From: Octopus bimaculoides
Lineage: Eukaryota
NCBI RefSeq assembly: GCF_001194135.2
Contig: NC_068992.1
Coordinates: 4,851,493 to 4,915,492 of the forward strand
Direction: 5' to 3'
DNA length: 64,000 nt
Shown here: piece by piece, positions 1 to 11,465 of the stretch
Layout: each line of letters opens with the position of its first letter
Position numbering within the stretch: position 1 is the first letter of the stretch
The notes under the pieces: generated by a model
What the model was told of the DNA's origin: nothing
Seen by the model: only the letters and a program-made list of their open reading frames with translations
Databases searched by the model: none
Position numbers and translations under genes: made by a program

Positions 1-367
1 TAAGCGGCAGATTCACCAATGCAATTATTTTAAATTCTCCTATCAGTGAATTATTTTCCTACACGTAATCTCTTACACAGTTGTTTTATGACCTTCTAGG
101 CTGTTTAATAAAGCGAAACAAATTGTTATACTCTCAAATTCCGGCTCACTCATGCCTCCTTAACTCCATTTAATTGTAATCAATCTAAATATCAAATTTT
201 ATTCCATTAACTCTCTCTTGAAGGAATTACTATTCTTTCTATATTGTCTTCTTTTAATGGGTGTCATTTCAAATGAGAAAATATATTTTATTCTCTATAT
301 TATATATTGCGATTTTTAATTCGATGTTTCTTCCAAATGGTTGGAGTTCGACTTGAATTATTTAAGC

Positions 368-560
368 AGGTATAACGGTGTGGTTAAGAAGCTAACTTTG
401 CAAGCGCATCGTTTTAGGATCAATCCCACTGCGCGGCAAGTTGGACATATAGCCTATAATCTCATATTTACCAATCACTTGCGCAGGTTTTCGTTTTGAC
501 AATGCAGCCTTCGTATTTAGCGTTAGAGAATTGGTCCAGGGTCAATCGAACTCAGTTCAT
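368..560 (+). mobile_element. Degenerate SINE with a (GAT)n tail
   Basis: ggtgtggttaagaagctaactttgcaagcgcatcgttttaggatcaatcccactgcgcggcaagttgg resembles the tRNA-like head of the 21112 and 50869 copies. Confidence 0.5.
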
Positions 561-565
561 CGGTT

Positions 566-600
566 ATGATGATGATGATGATGATGATGATGATGGTGAT
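566..600 (+). repeat. (GAT)n microsatellite
   Basis: Direct reading. Confidence 0.95.
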
Positions 601-967
601 GGAAATGATGCAAATAATACTCTAATTTCATACAAAGAAAAAGAGTATTCCTTAATTTCCCGTGCTTGAAAATAACATTTGTAGCCTTTCCAACGGTGAG
701 AGCAGCTAATTCAGAGTTATATCAAAATTAGTAAAAACTGTATTCTGAAAATTTATCAAAACTTTATCTTATATTTCTGGAAATAAATAAAAATTACTAT
801 CTCAGTGGAAGAGCAACACTGGAGAATGTAGAGATTCGTAAACATAATACATTTTCTGAAGTCATCTCGCTAGTGAACAAGGGAAACAAGAAAGGAAATT
901 ACATTTGATTTGAAAACACGATAATACTTAATAATACTTACCAACGGAAGAGATTACATTGAGAACC

Positions 968-1000
968 GATTTGGTAGACGGAAACTGAAAGAAGCCTGCC
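968..1000 (+). mobile_element. 3' end of the short SINE family
   Basis: gatttggtagacggaaactgaaagaagcctgcc, followed directly by (AT)n. It matches the 3' end of the 50869 copy. Confidence 0.6.
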
Positions 1001-1043
<43 letters not shown>

Positions 1044-1350
1044 NNNNNNNNNNNNNNNNNNNNNNNNNNNNNNNNNNNNNNNNNNNNNNNNNNNNNNNNN
1101 NNNNNNNNNNNNNNNNNNNNNNNNNNNNNNNNNNNNNNNNNNNNNNNNNNNNNNNNNNNNNNNNNNNNNNNNNNNNNNNNNNNNNNNNNNNNNNNNNNNN
1201 NNNNNNNNNNNNNNNNNNNNNNNNNNNNNNNNNNNNNNNNNNNNNNNNNNNNNNNNNNNNNNNNNNNNNNNNNNNNNNNNNNNNNNNNNNNNNNNNNNNN
1301 NNNNNNATATATATAGGTATTCATATATACAATTACTTATATATACGTAT

Positions 1351-1384
<34 letters not shown>

Positions 1385-2001
1385 ATGTATATATATATAT
1401 ATATGTGTATGTATATATGTTTAAATATTTGTATGTGCACATACATATATGTTTCTGTGAGTATATGTGCGTATGTGTAACTCTATAAATATGCGTGTGT
1501 GTGTATATATATATGTGTGTGAGTGTGTGTGTATGTGTACATGTGTGCGTGTGTGTGTTTGTGAGAGAGAGCGATAGAGAGAGACGAGTTTTACTTAAAC
1601 GATATGTTTATTCCATTCGTGTTGCATTAATTTCACATTATTTTCCTCTGTTTTATATAACGTAACTTTAAAAGTTTCAAACTCGATCAAACACTATATT
1701 GCTCGGCTGTCACATTTATTCTATACCAAGTTTTGCAATATTTTAGAAAATTGCATAAATGCACATAATTCATCCGTTTCAAAAGTCTGAAAATGCATTC
1801 TCATGTCATACGTTGAATTAAACTGAACATTGTTTGAATTTATTAGCATAAGACTCTGCACAATTTTCATTTTCACTCTGCAAATTTTCTGCCTTTATAG
1901 CTCGTTCTCTGTCCCACTGTGTCTGAATGACGGCATACATACACGCTTATAGACATACATTCAGGTAACACACACTCACAATCACACATATTAATCTCTC
2001 C

Positions 2002-2052
<51 letters not shown>

Positions 2053-3741
2053 TATATTCTCGTACACGCAAATATGCCTGACCATATATATGTGTGTGTG
2101 CGTAAATATGAGCATACATCCATACATATATTTCCATGTATGTATGCATACATATACATGTATATANNNNNNNNNNNNNNNNNNNNNNNNNNNNNNNNNN
2201 NNNNNNNNNNNNNNNNNNNNNNNNNNNNNNNNNNNNNNNNNNNNNNNNNNNNNNNNNNNNNNNNNNNNNNNNNNNNNNNNNNNNNNNNNNNNNNNNNNNN
2301 NNNNNNNNNNNNNNNNNNNNNNNNNNNNNNNNNNNNNNNNNNNNNNNNNNNNNNNNNNNNNNNNNNNNNNNNNNNNNNNNNNNNNNNNNNNNNNNNNNNN
2401 NNNNNNNNNNNNNNNNNNNNNNNNNNNNNNNNNNNNNNNNNNNNNNNATATATATATATATATATATATATACATACATACATATATATCTATGCATGCA
2501 AGCATATATATTTATTTACATACGTTACTTCATATATATAAATATATGCGAGTTTGTGTATACACATACCTGTTCTTTTTATATATGGGTATATATGTGT
2601 AATGTAATTATACTAGAATCTGTGAATACCCCGTGCTTGTGTATATTTATGCATATCCGCAAAAACGTATCTTCCGATTTACTATCGCATGACCTTAAAT
2701 TCCTTTACAATTTATGGCTTCATTGCAACAATATTTATATGAATTTTAGTGCATGTCTTACGTTTGTATATTGTCTTAATTTATACCAATTTATAGGTAA
2801 CTGTATGCATAGACATGCTTATAACAATTTTTATGATTTGGCGCATATAATATGAATAAAATTTATAGGGTTTATTTAGTGAGTTATAGATTGCAAATGA
2901 TGTTGAAATATTTCAAAGTGTGTCCATTGAACGGAGCCTGAGAAATATCAAATTCATCTCATTGTATCAAGAAATTATAACGAACTTCATCTATTTCAAT
3001 TCATGCACTTTTGTTTAATCTTGCATAAGAATAATGCTATATTTCTTATTTTTCACTTCTTTAGAGGAGACTAATGCATTCAATGTCTGCAACAAATCGT
3101 GATCATTTCAACCATTCGCACTTACTTTATGTTTCTGAAAACTTTGAGCACATTTTCTCCTGTTATGCATAAAATATGCGATGGTGAGTAATTCCTCACT
3201 TTGTAAAGTAGATATTTACCACACCAATATTTAACTTTGCGTTTACTTACAATAGATATATCAATAAGTAATAGATATATCTATAAATGAATAAATTACA
3301 TATGGTCCAAGGCTTATCGAGTGTGTTCTCCGTTTGTTTCAACTTCAAGATTGTGATAGTGAAATAACATATAAAAGTTGCATATGAAATGGAGGTTGTA
3401 ATGCGTAGTATTTTGTTGGATTAATCTTCTGTGCAATTAAACCAATTCAGTTCCTCTATTTTCCCCAACTAATATTATTAGATATCTATCGTCGCCAGTT
3501 GAAATACCACTGCTTCCGAGAAACCTATTTATTTTCATTTGGAGAATAAGAAATAGAATTAGTGATGCGGATGGTGTCACAATGACTAGCGTATGCATTA
3601 ATGGTCTCTATAGAATGTAGTTTCAGTCATAATGAACGCAGTCACTCTATTAAATATTATACCAGCACAGCTTAGGCGAAGAATGCATATACATACGCAC
3701 ATATATACATACGTACACACATACATATATATACATATATG

Positions 3742-3777
<36 letters not shown>

Positions 3778-3785
3778 CATATATG

Positions 3786-3830
<45 letters not shown>

Positions 3831-4555
3831 NNNNNNNNNNNNNNNNNNNNNNNNNNNNNNNNNNNNNNNNNNNNNNNNNNNNNNNNNNNNNNNNNNNNNN
3901 NNNNNNNNNNNNNNNNNNNNNNNNNNNNNNNNNNNNNNNNNNNNNNNNNNNNNNNNNNNNNNNNNNNNNNNNNNNNNNNNNNNNNNNNNNNNNNNNNNNN
4001 NNNNNNNNNNNNNNNNNNNNNNNNNNNNNNNNNNNNNNNNNNNNNNNNNNNNNNNNNNNNNNNNNNNNNNNNNNNNNNNNNNNNNNNNNNNNNNNNNNNN
4101 NNNTATATATATATATAATCTCGGGGATAACATTAACACACGCACGCGCATAAATACACTGAAACAAAACTGCATTTGCACAATTAACGGATTTTTAAAA
4201 ATACCTTAGAATGCATGAACGCACATACCTGAATTTAATGCTGAGTCTACCAATGATATATCACCACATTGGGATGGAATTGATTTTTCTAGCAAGTTCT
4301 GACCCTGACGAAATGTTCAATTAACAACATTCATTACAAATCTGTATTTGAATTTCCTAATTTGAATTAATTGAAAATGAAAACGATCGTACGGTCTATG
4401 AGTTCGATATTGTTCGAAATAGGATTTATTTTAAGAAATTGATGTTTTCATATCAATTTCTCCATTTTCCTTTTCCTATATATATATATATATATGCATG
4501 TAAGACAGTGTGTATGCGCGTGTGTACACAGGTATTGTTTTTTATTTGGTTTATA

Positions 4556-4765
4556 TACCCAGCCCTGTTCCCTCTTTTTTAGGAGGGGTAGCCACAACAG
4601 AACACACACCAGGCATTCCATTCATTTCTCAGCTAAAAGAGGCGAGCCCAGTTCTATGCTTGAGTGAAGGCATAGAACGCCACTCCCAATATCACCAGTG
4701 GGGACTGACTGCGTATGCCGGTTTGCCACGTACCCCTTTGAGAAACATGAACTTCACTCATCCGT
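4556..4765. other. GC-rich structured repeat-like element of unknown class (possible retroelement UTR)
   Basis: Complementary segments: GTTCTATGC 4651-4659 / GCATAGAAC 4670-4678; TGAGTGAAG 4661-4669 / CTTCACTCA 4752-4760; GAGGGGTA 4583-4590 / TACCCCTT 4731-4738 (one G-U pair). GC content is clearly above the flanks. Confidence 0.5.
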
Positions 4766-5316
4766 CAACAAATTCTGCAGCGTTATTAGGGAATCGTGTG
4801 GTCCAGCACTGAAATGAAGAATGATTGGCCCTCTTCTGTTGACCAGACACGGCCGGAGCAGTAGTAGATTTTCGTTCATTTTGGCAATTTCTTGGCAATA
4901 TGTTTCTGCTGTAATGGTTTTATCGGGTTTTAAGAAGTTATTTGTGAAATGAGTCCAGCAGTACACCACCAAACACTCACCATAACCTTTGGTTTGAAGA
5001 GCTCGGATTTAGGGAACGTTTTCGGTGCTTTATTTTGACCCAGCCACTGCGAGGGACGCTTTTTTTTTATTGTACAGGATCCACTTTTCATCGCTAGTTA
5101 CAATACGGCCGAGAATCGGATCGGTCAGGTTGCGGAGAAGAACGGGCGAGAAGATTTCATATCTGCGCATTTTCTGGTTTTTATTCAACTCGTGTGGTAC
5201 CCATTTGTTAAGCTTTTTGATTTTCCGATTGCATGCAAATAGTTGCAGGCAGATTTCTGGCTAACTTGAAGATCTTTTGTCAGTTCTCGAGTTGTTTTAC
5301 GCAGATCTTTCTCAAG
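4765..5316 (-). mobile_element. Decayed mariner transposase fragment, Hsmar1/SETMAR-like (DD34D type)
   Basis: Minus-strand translation with frameshifts: KDLRKTTRELTKDLQVSQKSACNYLHAIGKSKKLNKWVPHELNKNQKMRRYEI...RIVTSDEKWILYN...PKVMVSVWW...FLKPDKTITAETYCQEI...LVNRRGPIILHFS. It carries the mariner WVPHEL motif and the first catalytic D (TSDEKW). The second D (HDN) is mutated to HFS. Both ends are truncated and no TIRs are seen. Confidence 0.93.
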
Positions 5317-5317
5317 A

Positions 5318-6135
5318 TTATGCTTTGGAGATGACAGTTTGCCCGACGTCGCTGCCTTCAGCTTCTACCATGGTCAAAGGGCGGCTCCGGAAATCGGTGC
5401 ATGCCTCTCTAACAGTGTCCCGAAGAACATCTCCAAACACCTTCATGATTTTCACAACCTGCTTATCCTTGGTGTTAGAGGAAGTGAGGTTAGTGTCTTT
5501 GTCAACCTCGATCCAGTCCTTGTAATCCATGGGGTTACAATCGGGCGAATTAGGTGGTCCGAAATTGGATCAGCTAAAGTAATATAAATCCACAGACAAC
5601 CACCTCTGACGCTTTCGAGAAGTATGAAAACTGACAGACTCCTACTACAACGCATGGCCTTCCAGCTGTAGCCCTCTTTAATTATGTTTCGTCCACGGTT
5701 TCCAACGGCTCTCCATAGCCGTCTGAATTGTAAATAAAATTCAGTTCAAAGTTATACGGCCGCATGACTTCACCCTTATCGGAGACCTTCACAGTTTGAG
5801 ATAACTTGGATTTCAAGATATGTTTGACAGCACATGGACATTAAACAGGGCACATTCTGTTCTAGGTGCTGTGTGAATTTAGTTTGGCAGATTTTCCCTT
5901 CCCTTGAGAAGAAGTAGAGCGTCCCGCTTCAACAGGAAGACTCAGATTCTTCGGGAGCTTCTTTGCTGTCTTCAAGACATTTATGCGTCTTGTACGAGTG
6001 GTAGTCAAGTTTTTGTAATTCACAGCCAGATCCAGGATGACAACTACAACAACCCAAATCTCTCACCCATCACCAGATACACTTGTTCAGATCATCTATC
6101 AGCTTGTCCCGAATTTAGTGGTCGGAAATTGGCGT
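5318..6135 (-). mobile_element. Decayed Tc1/mariner transposase, DD37D (maT/mori-like) family
   Basis: Minus strand: ...LDYHSYKTH...LYFFS...KSKLSQTVKV..GEVMRP...AGRP..**ESVSFHTSRKRQRWLS...GPPNSPDCNPMDY...TVREACTDFRSRPLTMVEAEGS. TAG TAG GAG corresponds to a decayed QQD. There are 37 residues between that position and the D of PMDY, which is DD37D spacing. Multiple stops and frameshifts. Confidence 0.88.
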
Positions 6136-6299
6136 GCTAGTGCATACAAGTGTGAGTGCATGTGTCCGCATGCTTGTGTAATTAAGAGCACGAACAATTA
6201 AATATAAGTTTGCGCAAATGAATGAATTGATAAATAAAAAACATTTATAAAGTGCGCAATACAAATAGAGATCTCACACCTCTTCCTATTTCATCCAAT

Positions 6300-6430
6300 G
6301 GTTGTGAATCGCGGGGTATCGGGCAGTCCGTTCAAGTTTCAAATGGTACTTATTTTATCGACCTCGTTGTGATGAATCGCAGTGGATCATGATGCATTCG
6401 AACTTAGAACCTAAAGCGGATGTACTTCTA
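6300..6430 (-). mobile_element. Degenerate SINE fragment
   Basis: tggtacttattttatcgacctcgttgtgatgaa...attcgaacttagaacctaaagcgga. Confidence 0.55.
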
Positions 6431-7061
6431 CTAAGATGATTGTATGTAATGGTAATGATTATGTCTGATTAACGCGCCTAAAGTAAAGATCTAATAATAG
6501 CTGACAGGCGATGATAATACATATGAAAGCACCACTAGACATCTTAATGTACGTAGGTAACATTTTATGTGGAACGCAAAATGAGGATAAAATAAATAAT
6601 ATCACTAACAATTGGTAATAACATATTACCTGTTGTTGTACACAGGTTATTTTTTCTCTCTTCTTGTTTTCACCTATGTTTGATTGTTTGAAGAGTCCGC
6701 GCAAAAAATATTTGAACGGGTAAAAATAATTTACGGATTTTAAATTTATATACAACATTAAATATCGAACAGTGAAATAAATATATGATTTTCTAAACAT
6801 TCGACGGCAACAAATCAAATAGTTTATTGGAAAATGATAAATATGAAAGAAACAAGTAAGACAAAAGAAAAACAGAATACAATTTCTGGTATATTTCTTT
6901 CAACAGAATTATTTATAAATAATATTCTGTATTAAATTGCGTTCCAAGTGAGCAGCCACTGATGCATACATTGAATGAGCACAGACATTCATGTTTTAAT
7001 GTATGTGTGTAATGTGGTCTATTACCCATATATATATTTAAACATCTGCTTACATCCAGGC

Positions 7062-7096
<35 letters not shown>

Positions 7097-7225
7097 TACA
7101 CACATATATGTATACTTATATGTATGAATATATTTATACACACACATACATACACATATATACATACATTGATGCATAATACTTGTATAGATATGCATAC
7201 ATGCATACATACATTCATACCTACA

Positions 7226-7227
<2 letters not shown>

Positions 7228-7305
<78 letters not shown>
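7228..7305 (+). repeat. Compound (CA)n(TA)n microsatellite
   Basis: Direct reading. Confidence 0.95.
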
Positions 7306-7309
<4 letters not shown>

Positions 7310-8330
7310 CATAAGCATGCATGCTGTTTGCGTATCATCCTGAGTTTATCTGTGAATAAAATAAAACTATGTAGTGTGTTTGCGATTTTGTTTCTCTGTA
7401 TTTTCGTTACGTATGTGATGCTATGCCCATGTGTGTGTGTTTGTTACTGTGTCCAAATATTAGCTTTTAGGAATTTATTTATGGCATCGGTTTAATTTGT
7501 GAGAATTCATTTTAAAAAAATATATAAAATATATTTACGTTGAAGACAAACTCTAAATCAAAGCCGGTGTTTATTTTTAGTCTTGAATATGATGGTTATA
7601 AAGCAAACAACTATATTTTAACACTTTTTAATGCAAACTATCAATGATTTACCGCCCACTTTGTGTAGTAATGGTGAAAATCAGCGTGTATTGTGATACA
7701 AATTTGAGGTCATATGTGTAGAATGCTGTTCTCTAACTTCGCTTTCGGTCACTGGTGAACTTCGTAAGTCTGACTGCAATGGTCATGCAACACTTTTGCT
7801 GGTTTGCCTCAAATTTGGAATATTGTAATGATCAGTGTGCCAATGAAAGACTATGGAAGACCTTTTAATAAAGTAAGTAGTCTAATCCAGAAATCTTTAT
7901 ACAGCGATTTTGGAGTAATTAAATTAGTTCCTATACAGCAGTATAAACGAGTCTGGTCTATTCCGATTGACACTTACTCTGAAGTGGCCACTCACTATTT
8001 GTTCCGCGATGTTTTTGTTGTCGAATTAGTCAGGAATGCATTCATCTATTGCCTGATAATGTGTGGAGTAATTTCTCACTATCAATATAAATTTTATAAT
8101 TGTTCAATATTGGTCATATAGTTGTACATTCCCGAAAAGGCCGTCGATGTTATTTAATATGTCATGAAAGACTTAGAGTAAAATTTTTATTTAGTGTAGA
8201 AGTTCAAAAACATTTCCTGTTACATGTTGCGAAGTACATTACTTTTCTCTGTTACACAAAGTCATTTACATCGATTTAATTTTCTTTATAATAGAGTGTT
8301 GATTTTATTTTTTCTATATGTTGACTTCAA

Positions 8331-8537
8331 ATTTAGGCAGAAGGCCAGCAGATTCGTATGAGAGGATAAGTCTCTTATATCGATTCCAATGTTTTACTGG
8401 TATTTATTTTATCGACCCTGAAAGGATTAGATGCTGAGTTGACCTCGACCGAACTGGAACACATAACTTTAGAACGGACTAAATACCGCTAAGTATTTTG
8501 GCCGACGTCCTAAGCATTTTGCCCGCTCACCGCCCTA
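8331..8537 (-). mobile_element. tRNA-derived SINE copy
   Basis: Minus strand GGCGGTGAGCGGGCAAAATGCTTAG...CCTTTCAGGGTCGATAAAATAAATACCAG. The central box (plus-strand ttttatcgacc) recurs at about 6355, 11347, 14990 and 52412. Confidence 0.8.
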
Positions 8538-10083
8538 ACATCTTTCAGTATTTTGATATTCTTATTAAACCAAGTTAAGAGAGAATCGAATTTATAAAAC
8601 TAATTCGGTTAGCTCTATAAAGCAACACGTCTGCAGAATGCTCATATTATTAGGATTACAAACACTACAACAAATACAAAATAATACAGTGAAGATAATA
8701 TCTTTGGAACAACAATAAAATTATATCTGTTTCTGGCATTGGCAGAAGACTACTAATTCATAATTTATTTCGAAAGTGTCATCTTTTGCCTGATCCACCA
8801 AATTAGCACTGTCGTCAAACGGTAACTTCTCGTTCTATCGTATTTCTAAGGAATCATATGATTTGATCTGACAGGATGGAAAAAAAGATATTTTAAAAAT
8901 TATAAAAAGAATTTACAGTTTTAAAATGCAAATGTTTAGGAAGAGTCATTACTGTTGAAAAACTCCCTAGATGAATGTAGTGGTTTTCGCAATTATACGT
9001 ATTATTATTTGAAACATTTCACAAGAATTGCGTTTTTTCAGCTTTTCATTTTCTAGATTGTTTCAATTTACATAATTTTTCAAAATATAAGCACTTATCA
9101 AGAAAACAAATGTATTTAGATAGTTTTAATGGATTTACGTATATGTGGAACAAAAGGTGTGAATCAGCGTTTATTCATTGCTTATACGAGGCGTAAAATC
9201 AAATGCATTTCCCCGCTTTGTTTTTCTTTTGTCTCATATATTTAGTTATAGTTTTCTCCTTATTAATTATAACAAAAATCACATAATACCTAACGCAATA
9301 TATTTACACTGGTTATGCAAATAACAATGTATTTGGAAATTACCGGGACATCGTACAAACCTATAATAACACAGGCTAACAATGGATATAAAGAGCATAT
9401 TATCAAAAATGAACCTACACGCATCCAGATACAGCTAAATAATATATTGATTACCAACCTCTTGCCTGTTGTTAATTTGGGGCCCTAGTCTGTGTATGAG
9501 TATAGATTCTTTAATTATTAAATTACCCAAATGTCTTTCATTTTCCTCACTTGTGACTGTTATACTTGTGTCGGTATATATGTAAGAGTAGGAAAATTAT
9601 ATTACTTTTTCAAACATTCTTGCCTACTGCACATCTATACCAGTAACTTTTTTTAAACACCGTCTTTATCATACGTATTTATATATCATCTCTCATTAGG
9701 TTGACTACATGGAAATTCATCCTTTTTTCTGACGAGTGGATGTATTACATAATAATGATTATCAATTATAGATTTCATTTTAAAGGGTAATACACTCATG
9801 AAACCACCATAAGACATCTTAAACCTTCTAAATTATCATATTTTATATACTCATCTATTAATACAACATTATTTATATTTTGCACGTATATCTTATGTGT
9901 TTGTGTGATGGAATTTTCCTGCTCTTATTTAATAATATATAATCGCTCTTATTAAAGCTTTAAATCAATTAAATACCTTTAAGGTTTTAGACATCTCCCT
10001 ACCAAGAGCACTTATTCAAAATTCAGTATACTGTATTCTTATATATATATATGTATATATATGTATATGTATGTGTGTGTATT

Positions 10084-10175
<92 letters not shown>

Positions 10176-10182
10176 TGTGTGT
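10084..10182 (+). repeat. (TG)n microsatellite
   Basis: Direct reading. Confidence 0.95.
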
Positions 10183-10767
10183 TTCTGTCTGTGGATGTCC
10201 TTCTTCACCACTTGTCTCTGAAATATATAACTTTACTCAAATTTATTGAAGTGAAATGTTTCAGTGTCACTTGGAATTCATTTAATTAACAAATTGCTTT
10301 CTACTTCTTAAAACCTTGGTCTATAAACATGAGCCTCGAATACCTATGTAAATTATCTAGCCTTATTACTGTACGTACTAACAATTAGAATATCTTAACT
10401 ATAAGTGTGATAAAACAACAGACTTACAAATATATTCTGCCGAAATCTGTCATATTTTATCACCAGATTTATTATATTTTCTTGAAGACCTCAACCAGTT
10501 GCAACTCATTGGCTCTCTGCCCTTACAGACCTGACATTTGACTACTGAAGCAGATAATTGCAAACCGAGTTTTGTGAGTTTCACATAAGCTTTTTAAATT
10601 TATTATGCTATATTGTTATTTATAAGTATTAATCTATGAACATATACATACATACATGTGTGTGTGTGTGTGCGAGTGTTTGTGTCTGTAAATAAAGTAT
10701 GAAATTGTCTTGCTTCAATGTAACTCTTTGTCTTTCTCATTGGGACAAAGAGTTACATTAATTAGGC

Positions 10768-10805
<38 letters not shown>

Positions 10806-10809
10806 CAGA

Positions 10810-11010
10810 GTGGGGAATTTCCTGGACGTTACATTATGTTTGGATTCGGGTTTATACTACCGCTTTCGTAAGCCAAACAAATCCATCTCATATATCAATG
10901 TATCGTCCATTCACCCAAAATCTTTACCGCTATTTCGATCAGAATCTCTAATTTATCCGCAATTGAAGAGATTTTCGATCAACATGCGCCAGTGTACAAC
11001 AACGCACCTG
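10810..11010 (+). mobile_element. Penelope-like element (PLE) reverse transcriptase C-terminal fragment
   Basis: GNFLDVTLCLDSGLYYRFRKPNKSISYINVSSIHPKSLP, then after a frameshift RISNLSAIEEIFDQHAPVYNNA. This matches the PLE pattern NFLDVT...KPN...YIN..SNHP...RIS.LS..EEIF. Confidence 0.85.
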
Positions 11011-11092
11011 AGCCGAGTTGAGCTGAGCTAAGCTGAGTAGAGCTGAGCTGAGCTAAGCTAACCTGAGCTAAACTGAGCTAAGCCGAGCCGAG
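11008..11092 (+). repeat. Degenerate (GAGCT)n pentanucleotide tandem repeat
   Basis: ctgagccgagttgagctgagctaagctgagtagagctgagctgagctaagctaacctgagctaaactgagctaagccgagccgag, about 17 units. Confidence 0.9.
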
Positions 11093-11284
11093 TTTCAAAA
11101 GAATAAATTCTGTGGTCGATTTTTTCGAATAAAGGTCGTCGATGTATTGAAATAAAGGTGGTTCCCACACTGAAATGACTGAAATATTTGAAAGAATATA
11201 TATATATATATATATATATAATTACGTAAGAAATTATTCTACTTGTACGTCATCGTCAATAATCAATTTATTCGTTTTGTGCTA

Positions 11285-11465
11285 TGGGCAGAGAAAAGGC
11301 TGATTCTTTGAGTAATCGAAGCATCCAGTACTCAACTGCTAATTATTTTATCGAACCCAACAACACTACCGTAAGGCGAAGTGGACCCAACTGTTATTTG
11401 ATCTAGGAATGTAAGGCCGGAAGAAAGCCACGAAGCATTTTGTCCGACGTTCTAGACTTTCACCA
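11285..11465 (-). mobile_element. Degenerate SINE copy
   Basis: Plus strand ccagtactcaactgctaattattttatcgaaccc...gaagcattttgtccgacgttcta, the same family signature as 8331-8537. Confidence 0.6.

Noticed and set aside
938-4209. Long ORF-track entries rich in YI/HT/CV repeats and X (also at 34297-35396, 43816-44212, 49777-50106, 56246-57076, 60115-60502)
   Set aside because: They are translations of (AT)n, (CA)n and (GA)n microsatellites and N gaps, not genes.
4229-4288. Minus-strand 60-nt phase-1 exon candidate (EKSIPSQCGDISLVDSALNS, CAG|gtatgt)
   Set aside because: The acceptor lacks a pyrimidine tract and it cannot be linked to other exons with any confidence.
7836-7872. 37-nt exon-like segment ending AAA|gtaagt
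   Set aside because: Weak acceptor, and it does not join neighbouring candidates in frame.
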